64,000 nt of DNA, from contig JBMNOD010000005.1 in NCBI GenBank assembly GCA_050942875.1, positions 5,471 to 69,470 of the forward strand, given 5' to 3'. The DNA comes from Kiritimatiellia bacterium. Lineage in GTDB: Bacteria > Verrucomicrobiota > Kiritimatiellia > RFP12 > UBA3636. The position numbers were made by a program, and so were the translations under genes. The notes under the pieces are model-generated. The model ran no database searches and was not told the origin of the DNA. It saw nothing but the letters and a program-made list of their open reading frames with translations. Positions 56,488 to 64,000 of the stretch are shown here, in pieces (the first letter of the stretch is position 1; every line of letters begins with the position of its first letter).

Positions 56488-58025
56488 GCGACATTTTGGC
56501 CCCCCCCGTCCTTTTTCTGGTTTTCAACCGGCCCAGGCTGACGAACTGGGTGTTCCAGTCCATTCGCGCGGCGAAGCCCCGGAAACTGTACATCGCCGCG
56601 GATGGCCCGCGCAAGACGCATCCGGATGATGCCGCCCGCTGCAAGCTGGTGCGCGAGATCGTCGCCCAAGTCGATTGGCCCTGCGAGACGCACCGTCTGT
56701 TTCGTGACGACAACTTCGGTTGCAAGAAGGCCGTCAGCGGCGCGATTGATTGGTTTTTTGCCCATGAGGAAGAGGGCATCGTCCTGGAGGACGACATTTT
56801 GCCCGACCCAAGTTTTTTCCATTTCTGTTCAAAATTGCTGGCGATCCACCGGAACGACGACCGCGTGATGCACATTGCCGGCTTCAATGTCGCCCCGGAC
56901 GCCGCCCTGCCAGGCCAGGATTATTTCTTTTCCCGTTTCGGCATGATTTGGGGCTGGGCCACGTGGCGGCGGGCCTGGCAACACTACCAGGTGGACATGG
57001 CCGGGTGGCGCGATTACAAGAAGCAGGTTCTCCGGCACTTTCCCAAGCACGCATGGAGGGCGCGTTCCCGGTTGTACGATCGGCTGGCCAACAATGAGAT
57101 TGACACGTGGGATTATCAATGGGCCTTTTGGCGGCTTGCCCGGGACGGCCTGTCCATCATTCCCGCAAAGAACCTCGTGCGCAACATCGGTTTTGGCGCC
57201 GAGGCCACCCACACGGCCCAAAAGCCCGCGTGGGCGGATGCGGCGGCAAGCCCAATCAAGGTGGAAGCCCTGCGCTTGAATCGGGACTTCAGCGTAAACG
57301 AGGCGTATGACCGCCGGCATTTGGCCATTGCGCATGAAAAAAAGCCCTGGCTCCGAACGCTGGCCGACCGGCTCCGAACGCTGGCCTCCCCAGTGCTGAA
57401 ACGCCTGCGCCCCCCGTTGGCGTCCCCGTCGCTGTCCGTGTCGCCCGCCCGCGACTGGACGGAAAAGCCGACCTCCCGCATCCAGCATATTGGCGGGATG
57501 CCTCCCATCCTGTCCATTGGACGCGGCACCTATTTCAACGGCATGAAGCTCTATTGCTGGGATCCAACCATGCGGGTTTCCTTTGGCAAGTATTGTGCGG
57601 TTGCCGACGGGGTCAAGCTGATTGCCGGTGGCGAGCACCACAAGGACTGGGTGGCATCCTACCAGTTCATGGACATTTGGAATGCCTGGGAGAATTGCCT
57701 TCATTTGAGGCAGAAGAGCAAAGGGGACATCCAGATTGGCCATGATGTCTGGATTGGCGCTGAAGCGCTCATTTTGTCTGGCGTGACAATCGGAAACGGC
57801 GCGGTGGTCGGCGCGGGCAGCGTGGTGGTCAAGGATGTGCCCCCCTACGCCATTGTGGGCGGGAATCCGGCCAAGGTGATCCGCTACCGTTTTTCGGAAA
57901 TGCAAATCCATGCGTTGCAGGAAATCCAGTGGTGGGACTGGCCGGAAGAGAAAATCCGCGACAACTTGAACCTGATGCATGACGTAGATCTTTTCATTCG
58001 TACATTTCAGAAGGAAAGGCCATGA
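56484..58025 (+). CDS. Fusion: GT-A fold (GNT-I/HlpA-like) glycosyltransferase domain + hexapeptide-repeat O-acetyltransferase
   Basis: The N-terminus has FLVFNRP ... YIAADGPR ... LEDDILP ... [10 protein letters not shown]. The C-terminus has [53 protein letters not shown] (the LbH/XAT type). Confidence 0.7.
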   Translation: MSDILAPPVLFLVFNRPRLTNWVFQSIRAAKPRKLYIAADGPRKTHPDDAARCKLVREIVAQVDWPCETHRLFRDDNFGCKKAVSGAIDWFFAHEEEGIVLEDDILPDPSFFHFCSKLLAIHRNDDRVMHIAGFNVAPDAALPGQDYFFSRFGMIWGWATWRRAWQHYQVDMAGWRDYKKQVLRHFPKHAWRARSRLYDRLANNEIDTWDYQWAFWRLARDGLSIIPAKNLVRNIGFGAEATHTAQKPAWADAAASPIKVEALRLNRDFSVNEAYDRRHLAIAHEKKPWLRTLADRLRTLASPVLKRLRPPLASPSLSVSPARDWTEKPTSRIQHIGGMPPILSIGRGTYFNGMKLYCWDPTMRVSFGKYCAVADGVKLIAGGEHHKDWVASYQFMDIWNAWENCLHLRQKSKGDIQIGHDVWIGAEALILSGVTIGNGAVVGAGSVVVKDVPPYAIVGGNPAKVIRYRFSEMQIHALQEIQWWDWPEEKIRDNLNLMHDVDLFIRTFQKERP

Positions 58026-59134
58026 GTTTGCGCCATCAAAGCGAAAAGAACGCGAAAATCGGCCTGATCACCACGTTGGACACGAACATCGGGGACGACT
58101 TCATCCGGCTTGGCATCCAGCGGGTTTTGCGCGTCGTATTCCCGGAGCCGCGCTGGGTCATGCTCAACAAGCACCGTCCGAAGACGGTGTGGCCGCTGGC
58201 GCATCCTTGCCGTCACCTGCCGCTCTGGGCTCCGCGCTGGCGGCGGGCGTTTCGGCGCGTGGGGAACAGCCGGTTCCACGGATGCGACGCCATCGTGCAA
58301 TGCGGGGCTCCGGTGATTTGGAACGGGTGCGCCCGGTGCGAGTGGAACCTGCCCGTCTGGCAAGATGTGGTCCGGGATTTGCATGAGAGTATTCCCGTCA
58401 TGAACCTGGCCATCGGGAGCGCCTATTCGTTGTCGGCAATCCCGGAACGGATTCGGAGCGAAGCCGATCGCGCGTTCATTCGGTCGATTCTGGGCTACTG
58501 CCGCCTGACTACGGCCAGGGATGCGCTGGCGCAAAAACTGGTGGCGGAGCTGGGGGTTGACATTCCGCTGGTTCACTGCTCGGCGGGACTGGCCTTCGAC
58601 GTGCCAGACGCTCCGGCGGGTGGCGATTTGGTTTTGGTGAATTACATGTTCAAGGCGGGGCATTACGATTTCACCAACGACATCGACGGAGCCCAATGGG
58701 AGCACGTGGCGGCCACCGTCCTGGCGCACGTTGCAAGACGTTTCAACGTGGTGTTCATTTGCCACAATCAGAAGGAGATGGACTTGGCCACGCAGCGCTT
58801 TCCGCAGTACAAGTCTGTGTTGCCGACGAGCGCCGCCGACTACGAACAACTGGCCCGAACGGGATGTTTGGGGCTGTTCAACCGCTTGCATGCGGCCGTG
58901 GCTTGCGCCGGGATGGGCATCCCTTCCGTTGCGGTGGGGAACGACACGCGCACGATGATGGTGGAGGAATACGGAGTGCCGGTGTTCGATGTTCGCCGTT
59001 GTTCGGCCGAAGATCTGATCGAGGCTTTCGAGGGCCTTGTACAACGCAGGCAAGAGGAAAGGGTGCGTCTGCTTGCTCTGCGAAAGTCCGTCTTGGATCA
59101 ATACGCAGAGCTGGTTCAAAAGGCGATGACATGA
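58022..59134 (+). CDS. Polysaccharide pyruvyl transferase family protein
   Basis: 370 aa. The N-terminal [10 protein letters not shown] and C-terminal [21 protein letters not shown] patterns are typical of CsaB/WcaK-like enzymes. Confidence 0.6.
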   Translation: MSLRHQSEKNAKIGLITTLDTNIGDDFIRLGIQRVLRVVFPEPRWVMLNKHRPKTVWPLAHPCRHLPLWAPRWRRAFRRVGNSRFHGCDAIVQCGAPVIWNGCARCEWNLPVWQDVVRDLHESIPVMNLAIGSAYSLSAIPERIRSEADRAFIRSILGYCRLTTARDALAQKLVAELGVDIPLVHCSAGLAFDVPDAPAGGDLVLVNYMFKAGHYDFTNDIDGAQWEHVAATVLAHVARRFNVVFICHNQKEMDLATQRFPQYKSVLPTSAADYEQLARTGCLGLFNRLHAAVACAGMGIPSVAVGNDTRTMMVEEYGVPVFDVRRCSAEDLIEAFEGLVQRRQEERVRLLALRKSVLDQYAELVQKAMT

Positions 59135-60333
59135 AGAAAGAAGCGCACCCCGCGATCCATCTTTTGGTTTCCATCCTCTCCCGCATCGTTGCCGTTGCGA
59201 TGCGCGGCGTCGGCCTCGCGCGAATTTGCGTCAGGCGAATGGCGCGGGGTCGCAAGCGGGTCATGCTCTATAAATCCAAGTTCGATTTGCTGGGCGACAT
59301 GATTTTGATGACTGGCGTCGTTCCGCATTACCGGAGGCTGTTCCCCGACGCCACGTTGGAGATGGTCTGCAACGATGTCGCGGTGGACTTGATGCAGGCG
59401 GCGGATGTCTTGGATGCCGTTTGGCCGATGTCGAGGCTGTCGCGCAACGGGCGGCCTTCCTGGCTCAACGCCGGCCGGAGCGACGTCTTCATCTCGTTGC
59501 GTCGAACGGTTTTTCCTCCTGATGTCAAGTGGATGTCGAGGTTCATGCCCGTGAAGGCCATTGGCTTCTCCGGCGACGCGCTGCTTCACCGCATCGGCAA
59601 GCTGCCGGCTTGCCGGAAGCTTCTTGCCCTCGACTGCGAGCTTCCGGACGACGGCGGGGGGAGCGCCTTGCACGAACTGGATGTCCAGCGAAAGATGCTG
59701 TCCATGCTCGGGATGGATGTGCCGGTTGAAGCCTTGAGGCCGAAAATCCCCGAGTCGTATGTGGATCATTCGGTCGCGCGGGAATTGGAAAAGTTGTACG
59801 ATCTTGACGGCAGGCCTTTCTATGTCTGCTGCCCCTGCGGATCCCAGCCGATCCGCTCTTACCCCGCCGAGCGTTGGCGCCGGGTGTTTGCCGGCTTGGC
59901 GCCTTGCGTGGTGGCGCTTTGCGCGACGGGAAGCGATTGGCGCGAGATGCTGGCCTTGATGGCGGAGCCGCCCGAGGGCGTGGCGTTTGTCAACCTGGCG
60001 GGGCAGACCCGTTTGGCGCAGCTCGCCGGATTGCTGCGCCGCGCCGATGCCGTGCTCGCCGTGGAAAGCGGGCCGATGCACATGGCCGTCGCCTTGGATC
60101 GTCCGCTTGCCGCCATTTGCGGGCGGGGCCATTACGGACGGTTCGTCCCGTATCCGTTTGCCATGCCGAATGCGCGGTTTCTCTTCGCCGACTGCGAACA
60201 TTCCGGATGCGATTGGAATTGCCACGCGGAGACGGCGGCTTGCATCAGCCAGATCGATCCCGCCGAGGTGTGCGACGCCGTGAAAGAGGTGGTTGACGCC
60301 TCGCCGTGCAAAGCTTTGAATCCTGAATCCTGA
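59131..60333 (+). CDS. Glycosyltransferase family 9 (heptosyltransferase-like)
   Basis: ATGA overlap with the upstream stop. LGDMILMTGV, the RSYPAERW region, and AVESGPMHMAVAL are typical of GT9. Confidence 0.7.
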   Translation: MKKEAHPAIHLLVSILSRIVAVAMRGVGLARICVRRMARGRKRVMLYKSKFDLLGDMILMTGVVPHYRRLFPDATLEMVCNDVAVDLMQAADVLDAVWPMSRLSRNGRPSWLNAGRSDVFISLRRTVFPPDVKWMSRFMPVKAIGFSGDALLHRIGKLPACRKLLALDCELPDDGGGSALHELDVQRKMLSMLGMDVPVEALRPKIPESYVDHSVARELEKLYDLDGRPFYVCCPCGSQPIRSYPAERWRRVFAGLAPCVVALCATGSDWREMLALMAEPPEGVAFVNLAGQTRLAQLAGLLRRADAVLAVESGPMHMAVALDRPLAAICGRGHYGRFVPYPFAMPNARFLFADCEHSGCDWNCHAETAACISQIDPAEVCDAVKEVVDASPCKALNPES

Positions 60334-60375
60334 GCCTTCGTGCCTTTGCGATTCAACTATTTTGAATCGCACCCC

Positions 60376-61530
60376 TTAAAGGCACGTCTGGTAGAACGTC
60401 TCCAGCGCTTTCGCGGAACGATGCCAGGACAGGTTGGCTTCGTAGAAGGCCCGCCCGCCCCGGGCGAGCGTCTCGGCGAGTTCGGGATCGTTGACGATCG
60501 TCCGCACGGCGTCCGCGATCGCCGCGCCGTCGGCGTTGTCGAGCACGTAGGCTTCCTCGCGGTGGCGGACGACGAGCCCGATGTTCGTCCGTGGCAGCAC
60601 GACGGGGCGCGCGCTGGCGAAGAACTCCGGGAGCTTGCTGGGGAACCGGAAGTCGTTGAAGGGGCCGGGGCGCCCCGGCTGGACGCAGACGTCGGCGAGC
60701 GCGAGCAGTTCGCCGAGTTCGCGCCGATCCTGCACGAAACCCAGGTTGACGGCGTATTGATCCGCCCATTCGCGGTAGTCGGCCGGGCAGGGGAAGGAAT
60801 CGTGGCCGGTGCGGACAATCCGCGTCGGCATGCCGACGCGGTTGAGCAGATGGACGGCCAGATAGAGGCTGCGGATCTCGCCGACGTTGGCGGGGTGGCC
60901 GTTGCCCGTGTAGACGAGCACGGTCGTTCCGGGCGGGATGCCCAGCCGCTCGCGCAGCGCTTCGGGTTTCGCTCGTGGGAAGAAGACGCCGTCGTCGGCC
61001 GCCGGCCAGATCCGACAGGTCGGCATGCCGTCCGGAACCCGGTCGGCAAGGGCGTCGATGATGACGGTGACGCCCTTCGCGGCCGACAGAAACGCCCGGC
61101 TGTGGACGGGGTGGGAGAGCGCCGAGGGGAATGAAACGGAGCCGCCTCCGGCGAGAGTCCGGGCGAAGACCCGGTCGCCGAGGAACGCCCGGGCGATCTC
61201 GTCCTCGTTGTCCTCAAGGTGGACGAAGGTGCCGCCTGTTATGAAACGCTGGATGGAGGCGTGGAATTCCGTGACGGTGGTGCGCGGCGTCCATGCATGG
61301 AAGACGTCGATGCCCCGCCCGTTCTGAAAGAGGTGCTTTTCGGCGCAGGCCGTTTGCACGTCGGCGAAGGTCAGCGTCCGGAAGGGCTCTCCATCGTCGA
61401 GTTGCGTTTTGATCACTGGCACGGCGATGACGCAATCGTGCCCGAACGCGGCGAGCTCATGAGCCAGGCTGGTGACGTGGAATCCGCTGTTGGAGTCGCG
61501 TCGGGTGTAGAGGGCGATCAGGATGTTCAT
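60376..61530 (-). CDS. Glycosyltransferase family 4 (GT-B)
   Basis: 384 aa. The N-terminus has SGFHVTSLAHELAAFGHDC and the C-terminal part is E..-rich GT1/GT4-like. Confidence 0.65.
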   Translation of the reverse strand: MNILIALYTRRDSNSGFHVTSLAHELAAFGHDCVIAVPVIKTQLDDGEPFRTLTFADVQTACAEKHLFQNGRGIDVFHAWTPRTTVTEFHASIQRFITGGTFVHLEDNEDEIARAFLGDRVFARTLAGGGSVSFPSALSHPVHSRAFLSAAKGVTVIIDALADRVPDGMPTCRIWPAADDGVFFPRAKPEALRERLGIPPGTTVLVYTGNGHPANVGEIRSLYLAVHLLNRVGMPTRIVRTGHDSFPCPADYREWADQYAVNLGFVQDRRELGELLALADVCVQPGRPGPFNDFRFPSKLPEFFASARPVVLPRTNIGLVVRHREEAYVLDNADGAAIADAVRTIVNDPELAETLARGGRAFYEANLSWHRSAKALETFYQTCL

Positions 61531-63359
61531 CGGAATAACTCCCCCGGCCCCATGGCGAAATCGGTTCTGCCGGCGAGGAAGTTGGGGTTGGAGTGGGGGT
61601 CGCCTTGTCGGATCAGCTCATCCCATCGGTCGAGCAGGAGCATCCGGTCCGTGTAGTCGCAAGCGGCGTCCCGTGTTTTGGATTCATGGAGGACAAGCTT
61701 GACCGAGCCGGCGTAGCGGTTGGCGTAGCCTGCGCGGCGCAGCCGGAGGCAGAGATCGACATCCTCGTAGTGGTGCCGGAACAGCTCGTCGAATCCGCCG
61801 ACCTTGCGGAACGCCTCGGCGGAGACGAGCAGGCAGGCGGCGGAGACGGCGGAGACCTCGCGGTCGCAGCCGATGATGCCGTGGTGGAAGTCAGAGTCCG
61901 CTTGGAAGTCCCGGAAGAGGTGGCCGGCCGTTCCATGCGGTCCGAGGACGACGCCGGCATGCTGGATGGTGCCGTCGGGATAGACAAGCCGGGCGCCGAC
62001 GGCGCCGGCGGAGGGCGCGGATGCGTGGAGCAGCATGCGCGCGATCCAGTCTCCCTGGAGGATTTCCGTGTTGCCGTCGAGGAACAGCAGGCAGTCGCCT
62101 TTTGCCTCGCGGGCGAGCTGGTTGTTGAAGGCGGCGAAATGGAAGGGGCCCGGCATTGCGAAGCGCCGGATCGGGTGCCGGGCGAAGGCGGCTTTTGCAG
62201 CGGGGTCGGCCGTTCCGTTGTCGCCGACGAGCACCTCGAAGTCGGTGCCGCGCGTGATGGCGAAGAGCGAGTCGAGGCATTGGGAGACGAGCTCGCCGGC
62301 GTCTTTGCTGCAGAGGATCACGGAGACGAGCCCGGCCGGGGCGTCGGGCTTGGGGTCGACTTGAACCCGGTGGCGTTCGCCGACGGAGACGGCGACGCCG
62401 TGGATGCCGAGGCGGTCGATCTGGCATTGGACGGCGCGGCGCTGGATCTCTGGGATGTTGCTTTTGGCAGTCGGGGATGCCGCTATTGAGCCGCGCGTGG
62501 CGCGCCAGTGGTAGGCAATGCGGGGGATGTGAGCCACGTGGCGCGCTTTTTCGGTCAGGCGCAGCGCCAGCTCGAAATCCTGCACGCCGTCGAACGCCGG
62601 GTCGCAGCCGCCCGTCTCCCGAATGAGCGAGGTTCGGAAGACGAGCAAGTGCCCGAGGTACATGATCGCGCGAAAGCAGGAGGGAGACCAGCCGGGCTTG
62701 AAGAAGGGGTTGAAGCGGAGGCCGCGGTCGGTGATCTTGTCCTGGTCGGTGAAGAGGACGTCGGCGTCCGGGGTTTCGTTGATCTTGCGGACGACATGGA
62801 AGAGCGCGTCGTCGGCGAGTTCGTCGTCGTGGTCGAGAAAGGCGATGAAGTCCCCGCGCGCCATGGCGATGCCGTCGTTCGTCGCGCGGGCGATGCCGCC
62901 ATTGGTTTCCCTGTGTTCGATGCGGATGCGTTTGTCGCGTCGGGCGAAACGTGCCAGTTGCCGCTGTGTCGAGGGCGAAGGGGAGGCGTCGTCGACGAGG
63001 CAAAGCTCCCAGTTGGCGTAGATCTGGCGGCGGACGCTTGCGATGCATTTTCGGAGCAGGCGCGGCGGGGTGTTGTAGACGGGGACGACGATCGACACCA
63101 GCGGTTTCGAGGGGAATGCCTCGATTTCGCGCAACCAGGGGCTGCGGTTGCGTTCGAATGTCAATCGTTCCAGGGCGAGGTATTCGGGGTACGAGAGTTG
63201 CCGAGCCTGTCTTTCCTTTTCGAAAATCGCGGATGCGCGGCGGAATCGGGCCGAATGGCGGCAAGCGAAGCCTGCCAGCAGAATCGGGATGCCCGCCAGT
63301 TTCCATGTGGAGGCTTTCGTCATCAACTCGGCGGCCGCTTTTTGCGCAATGACAAGCAT
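61527..63359 (-). CDS. Two-domain glycosyltransferase family 2
   Basis: Start at ATG 63357-63359. The first GT2 domain has VSIVVPVYNTPPRLLRKCIASV ... LVDDAS ... FLDHDDEL. The second GT-A domain has VSVILCSKD ... VGDNGT. Confidence 0.75.
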   Translation of the reverse strand: MLVIAQKAAAELMTKASTWKLAGIPILLAGFACRHSARFRRASAIFEKERQARQLSYPEYLALERLTFERNRSPWLREIEAFPSKPLVSIVVPVYNTPPRLLRKCIASVRRQIYANWELCLVDDASPSPSTQRQLARFARRDKRIRIEHRETNGGIARATNDGIAMARGDFIAFLDHDDELADDALFHVVRKINETPDADVLFTDQDKITDRGLRFNPFFKPGWSPSCFRAIMYLGHLLVFRTSLIRETGGCDPAFDGVQDFELALRLTEKARHVAHIPRIAYHWRATRGSIAASPTAKSNIPEIQRRAVQCQIDRLGIHGVAVSVGERHRVQVDPKPDAPAGLVSVILCSKDAGELVSQCLDSLFAITRGTDFEVLVGDNGTADPAAKAAFARHPIRRFAMPGPFHFAAFNNQLAREAKGDCLLFLDGNTEILQGDWIARMLLHASAPSAGAVGARLVYPDGTIQHAGVVLGPHGTAGHLFRDFQADSDFHHGIIGCDREVSAVSAACLLVSAEAFRKVGGFDELFRHHYEDVDLCLRLRRAGYANRYAGSVKLVLHESKTRDAACDYTDRMLLLDRWDELIRQGDPHSNPNFLAGRTDFAMGPGELFR

Positions 63360-63584
63360 GTCGAAAGTCAATCCGTACGACGGCGCGGCATGGCGCCGCT
63401 TTGCGCCGGGGGGGCGGTGCCCGGGGGGAGGGGCCGTGGTGGGTTGTGGGGGCGGTCGAGTCACAAGTCGCGGGTCGGTGTGCAATGGGGTTGGGAAGTA
63501 GCTTTTCGCCCAATATACTAGGTTTTCCAGGTGGAGGTGTCAAGCTTGAGGAAAAGTGGGAAATGGATGTTTGAATAATCTTGC

Positions 63585-64000
63585 ATGACTTTTGATGGCG
63601 GGATACAATCAGCGCCGAATTTCATCGTTGTTTCTCTTTTTGGTGGAGAGGGGTGTCAGCAAGTGGTCGAGTCGGCTTCAGTTTTCCATGATGCAGTTTC
63701 CGTTTTCATTCCGGCGTACAATGCCGCCGCATGGCTGCCGCGCGCCATTGAAAGCGTGCTGGCGCAAACGGTCAAGCCGTGCGAAATCATCGTGGCCGAC
63801 GACGGCAGCACGGACGATACCGCCAAGGTCGCGGCCCGGTACGGGGACGCCGTCCGGTATGTGCGTTTCGACCATTGCGGCGTCTATGCCGTGCGCCATG
63901 CGATTCTTTCCGAATTGAAGGGGGCTTGGTTTCTCAACCTGGATTCGGACAACTGGATCGAGCCCGACTTCCTCGCGAAGGCGCTTGAGGTCGTGGCGGC
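63585..64000 (+). CDS. Glycosyltransferase family 2, 5' part only (runs off the window)
   Basis: Not in the ORF track because it is open-ended. Hand translation gives ...VSVFIPAYNAAAWLPRAIESVLAQTVKPCEIIVADDGSTDDT... The start is uncertain (ATG 63585 or GTG 63663). Confidence 0.6.
   Translation, partial: MTFDGGIQSAPNFIVVSLFGGEGCQQVVESASVFHDAVSVFIPAYNAAAWLPRAIESVLAQTVKPCEIIVADDGSTDDTAKVAARYGDAVRYVRFDHCGVYAVRHAILSELKGAWFLNLDSDNWIEPDFLAKALEVVA

Noticed and set aside
58696-59130. Long N-terminal extension of the GT9 ORF (58696..60333) overlapping the pyruvyl transferase gene.
   Set aside because: The extension is an out-of-frame reading of the upstream gene. An ATG at 59131 in an ATGA overlap with the upstream stop gives a normal GT9 N-terminus.

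Overview
High-GC (by eye roughly two-thirds G+C) bacterial chromosomal segment. The gene content suggests a glycan-degrading member of the PVC group (Verrucomicrobiota, Kiritimatiellota or Lentisphaerota). This is inferred from PATR beta-helix proteins, DUF1570, DUF4838, LamG, GH38, a serpin and URO-D-like paralogs, and no database search was possible. I can support about 50 protein genes and two tRNAs (Gly-UCC, Arg-UCU). They comprise housekeeping genes (purL, ilvBN, gnd, miaB, birA, gmhB and a heptose kinase), two ECF sigma/anti-sigma modules, glycoside hydrolases and secreted beta-helix proteins, a hybrid histidine kinase, and a Wzm/Wzt ABC-dependent polysaccharide locus with five glycosyltransferase-type genes. 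I found no CRISPR array, rRNA, integrase or prophage. The most unusual property is the intergenic DNA. Almost every spacer is a mosaic of short repeat words: 7-nt-phased CTAG arrays, 12-nt-phased CGACAAAG boxes, and GTCCAAR, GAGTTTG and GTGAGAA heptamers. The spacers also hold several REP-like palindromes, a 56-nt MITE-like element with a direct-repeat footprint, and a single RAYT-type (IS200-like Y1) transposase gene. Other candidates worth follow-up:
- a DUF262-AlbA_2 fusion gene plus an HD hydrolase gene, a possible defence pair
- two AT-rich cassettes bordered by one 30-nt palindrome family, one holding a GNAT gene and a decayed brnT/brnA pair
- a Val-rich leader peptide and attenuator upstream of ilvBN
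- a four-helix-bundle (23S-IVS/Avd-like) gene cassette wedged between wzm and wzt behind a tandem array
- inverted-repeat pairs upstream of the polysaccharide locus
- a LarA-like gene in a gnd/sugar-kinase operon
All coordinates were derived by hand, so repeat and regulatory boundaries may be off by a few nucleotides. Functions are recognised from motifs, not from searches.
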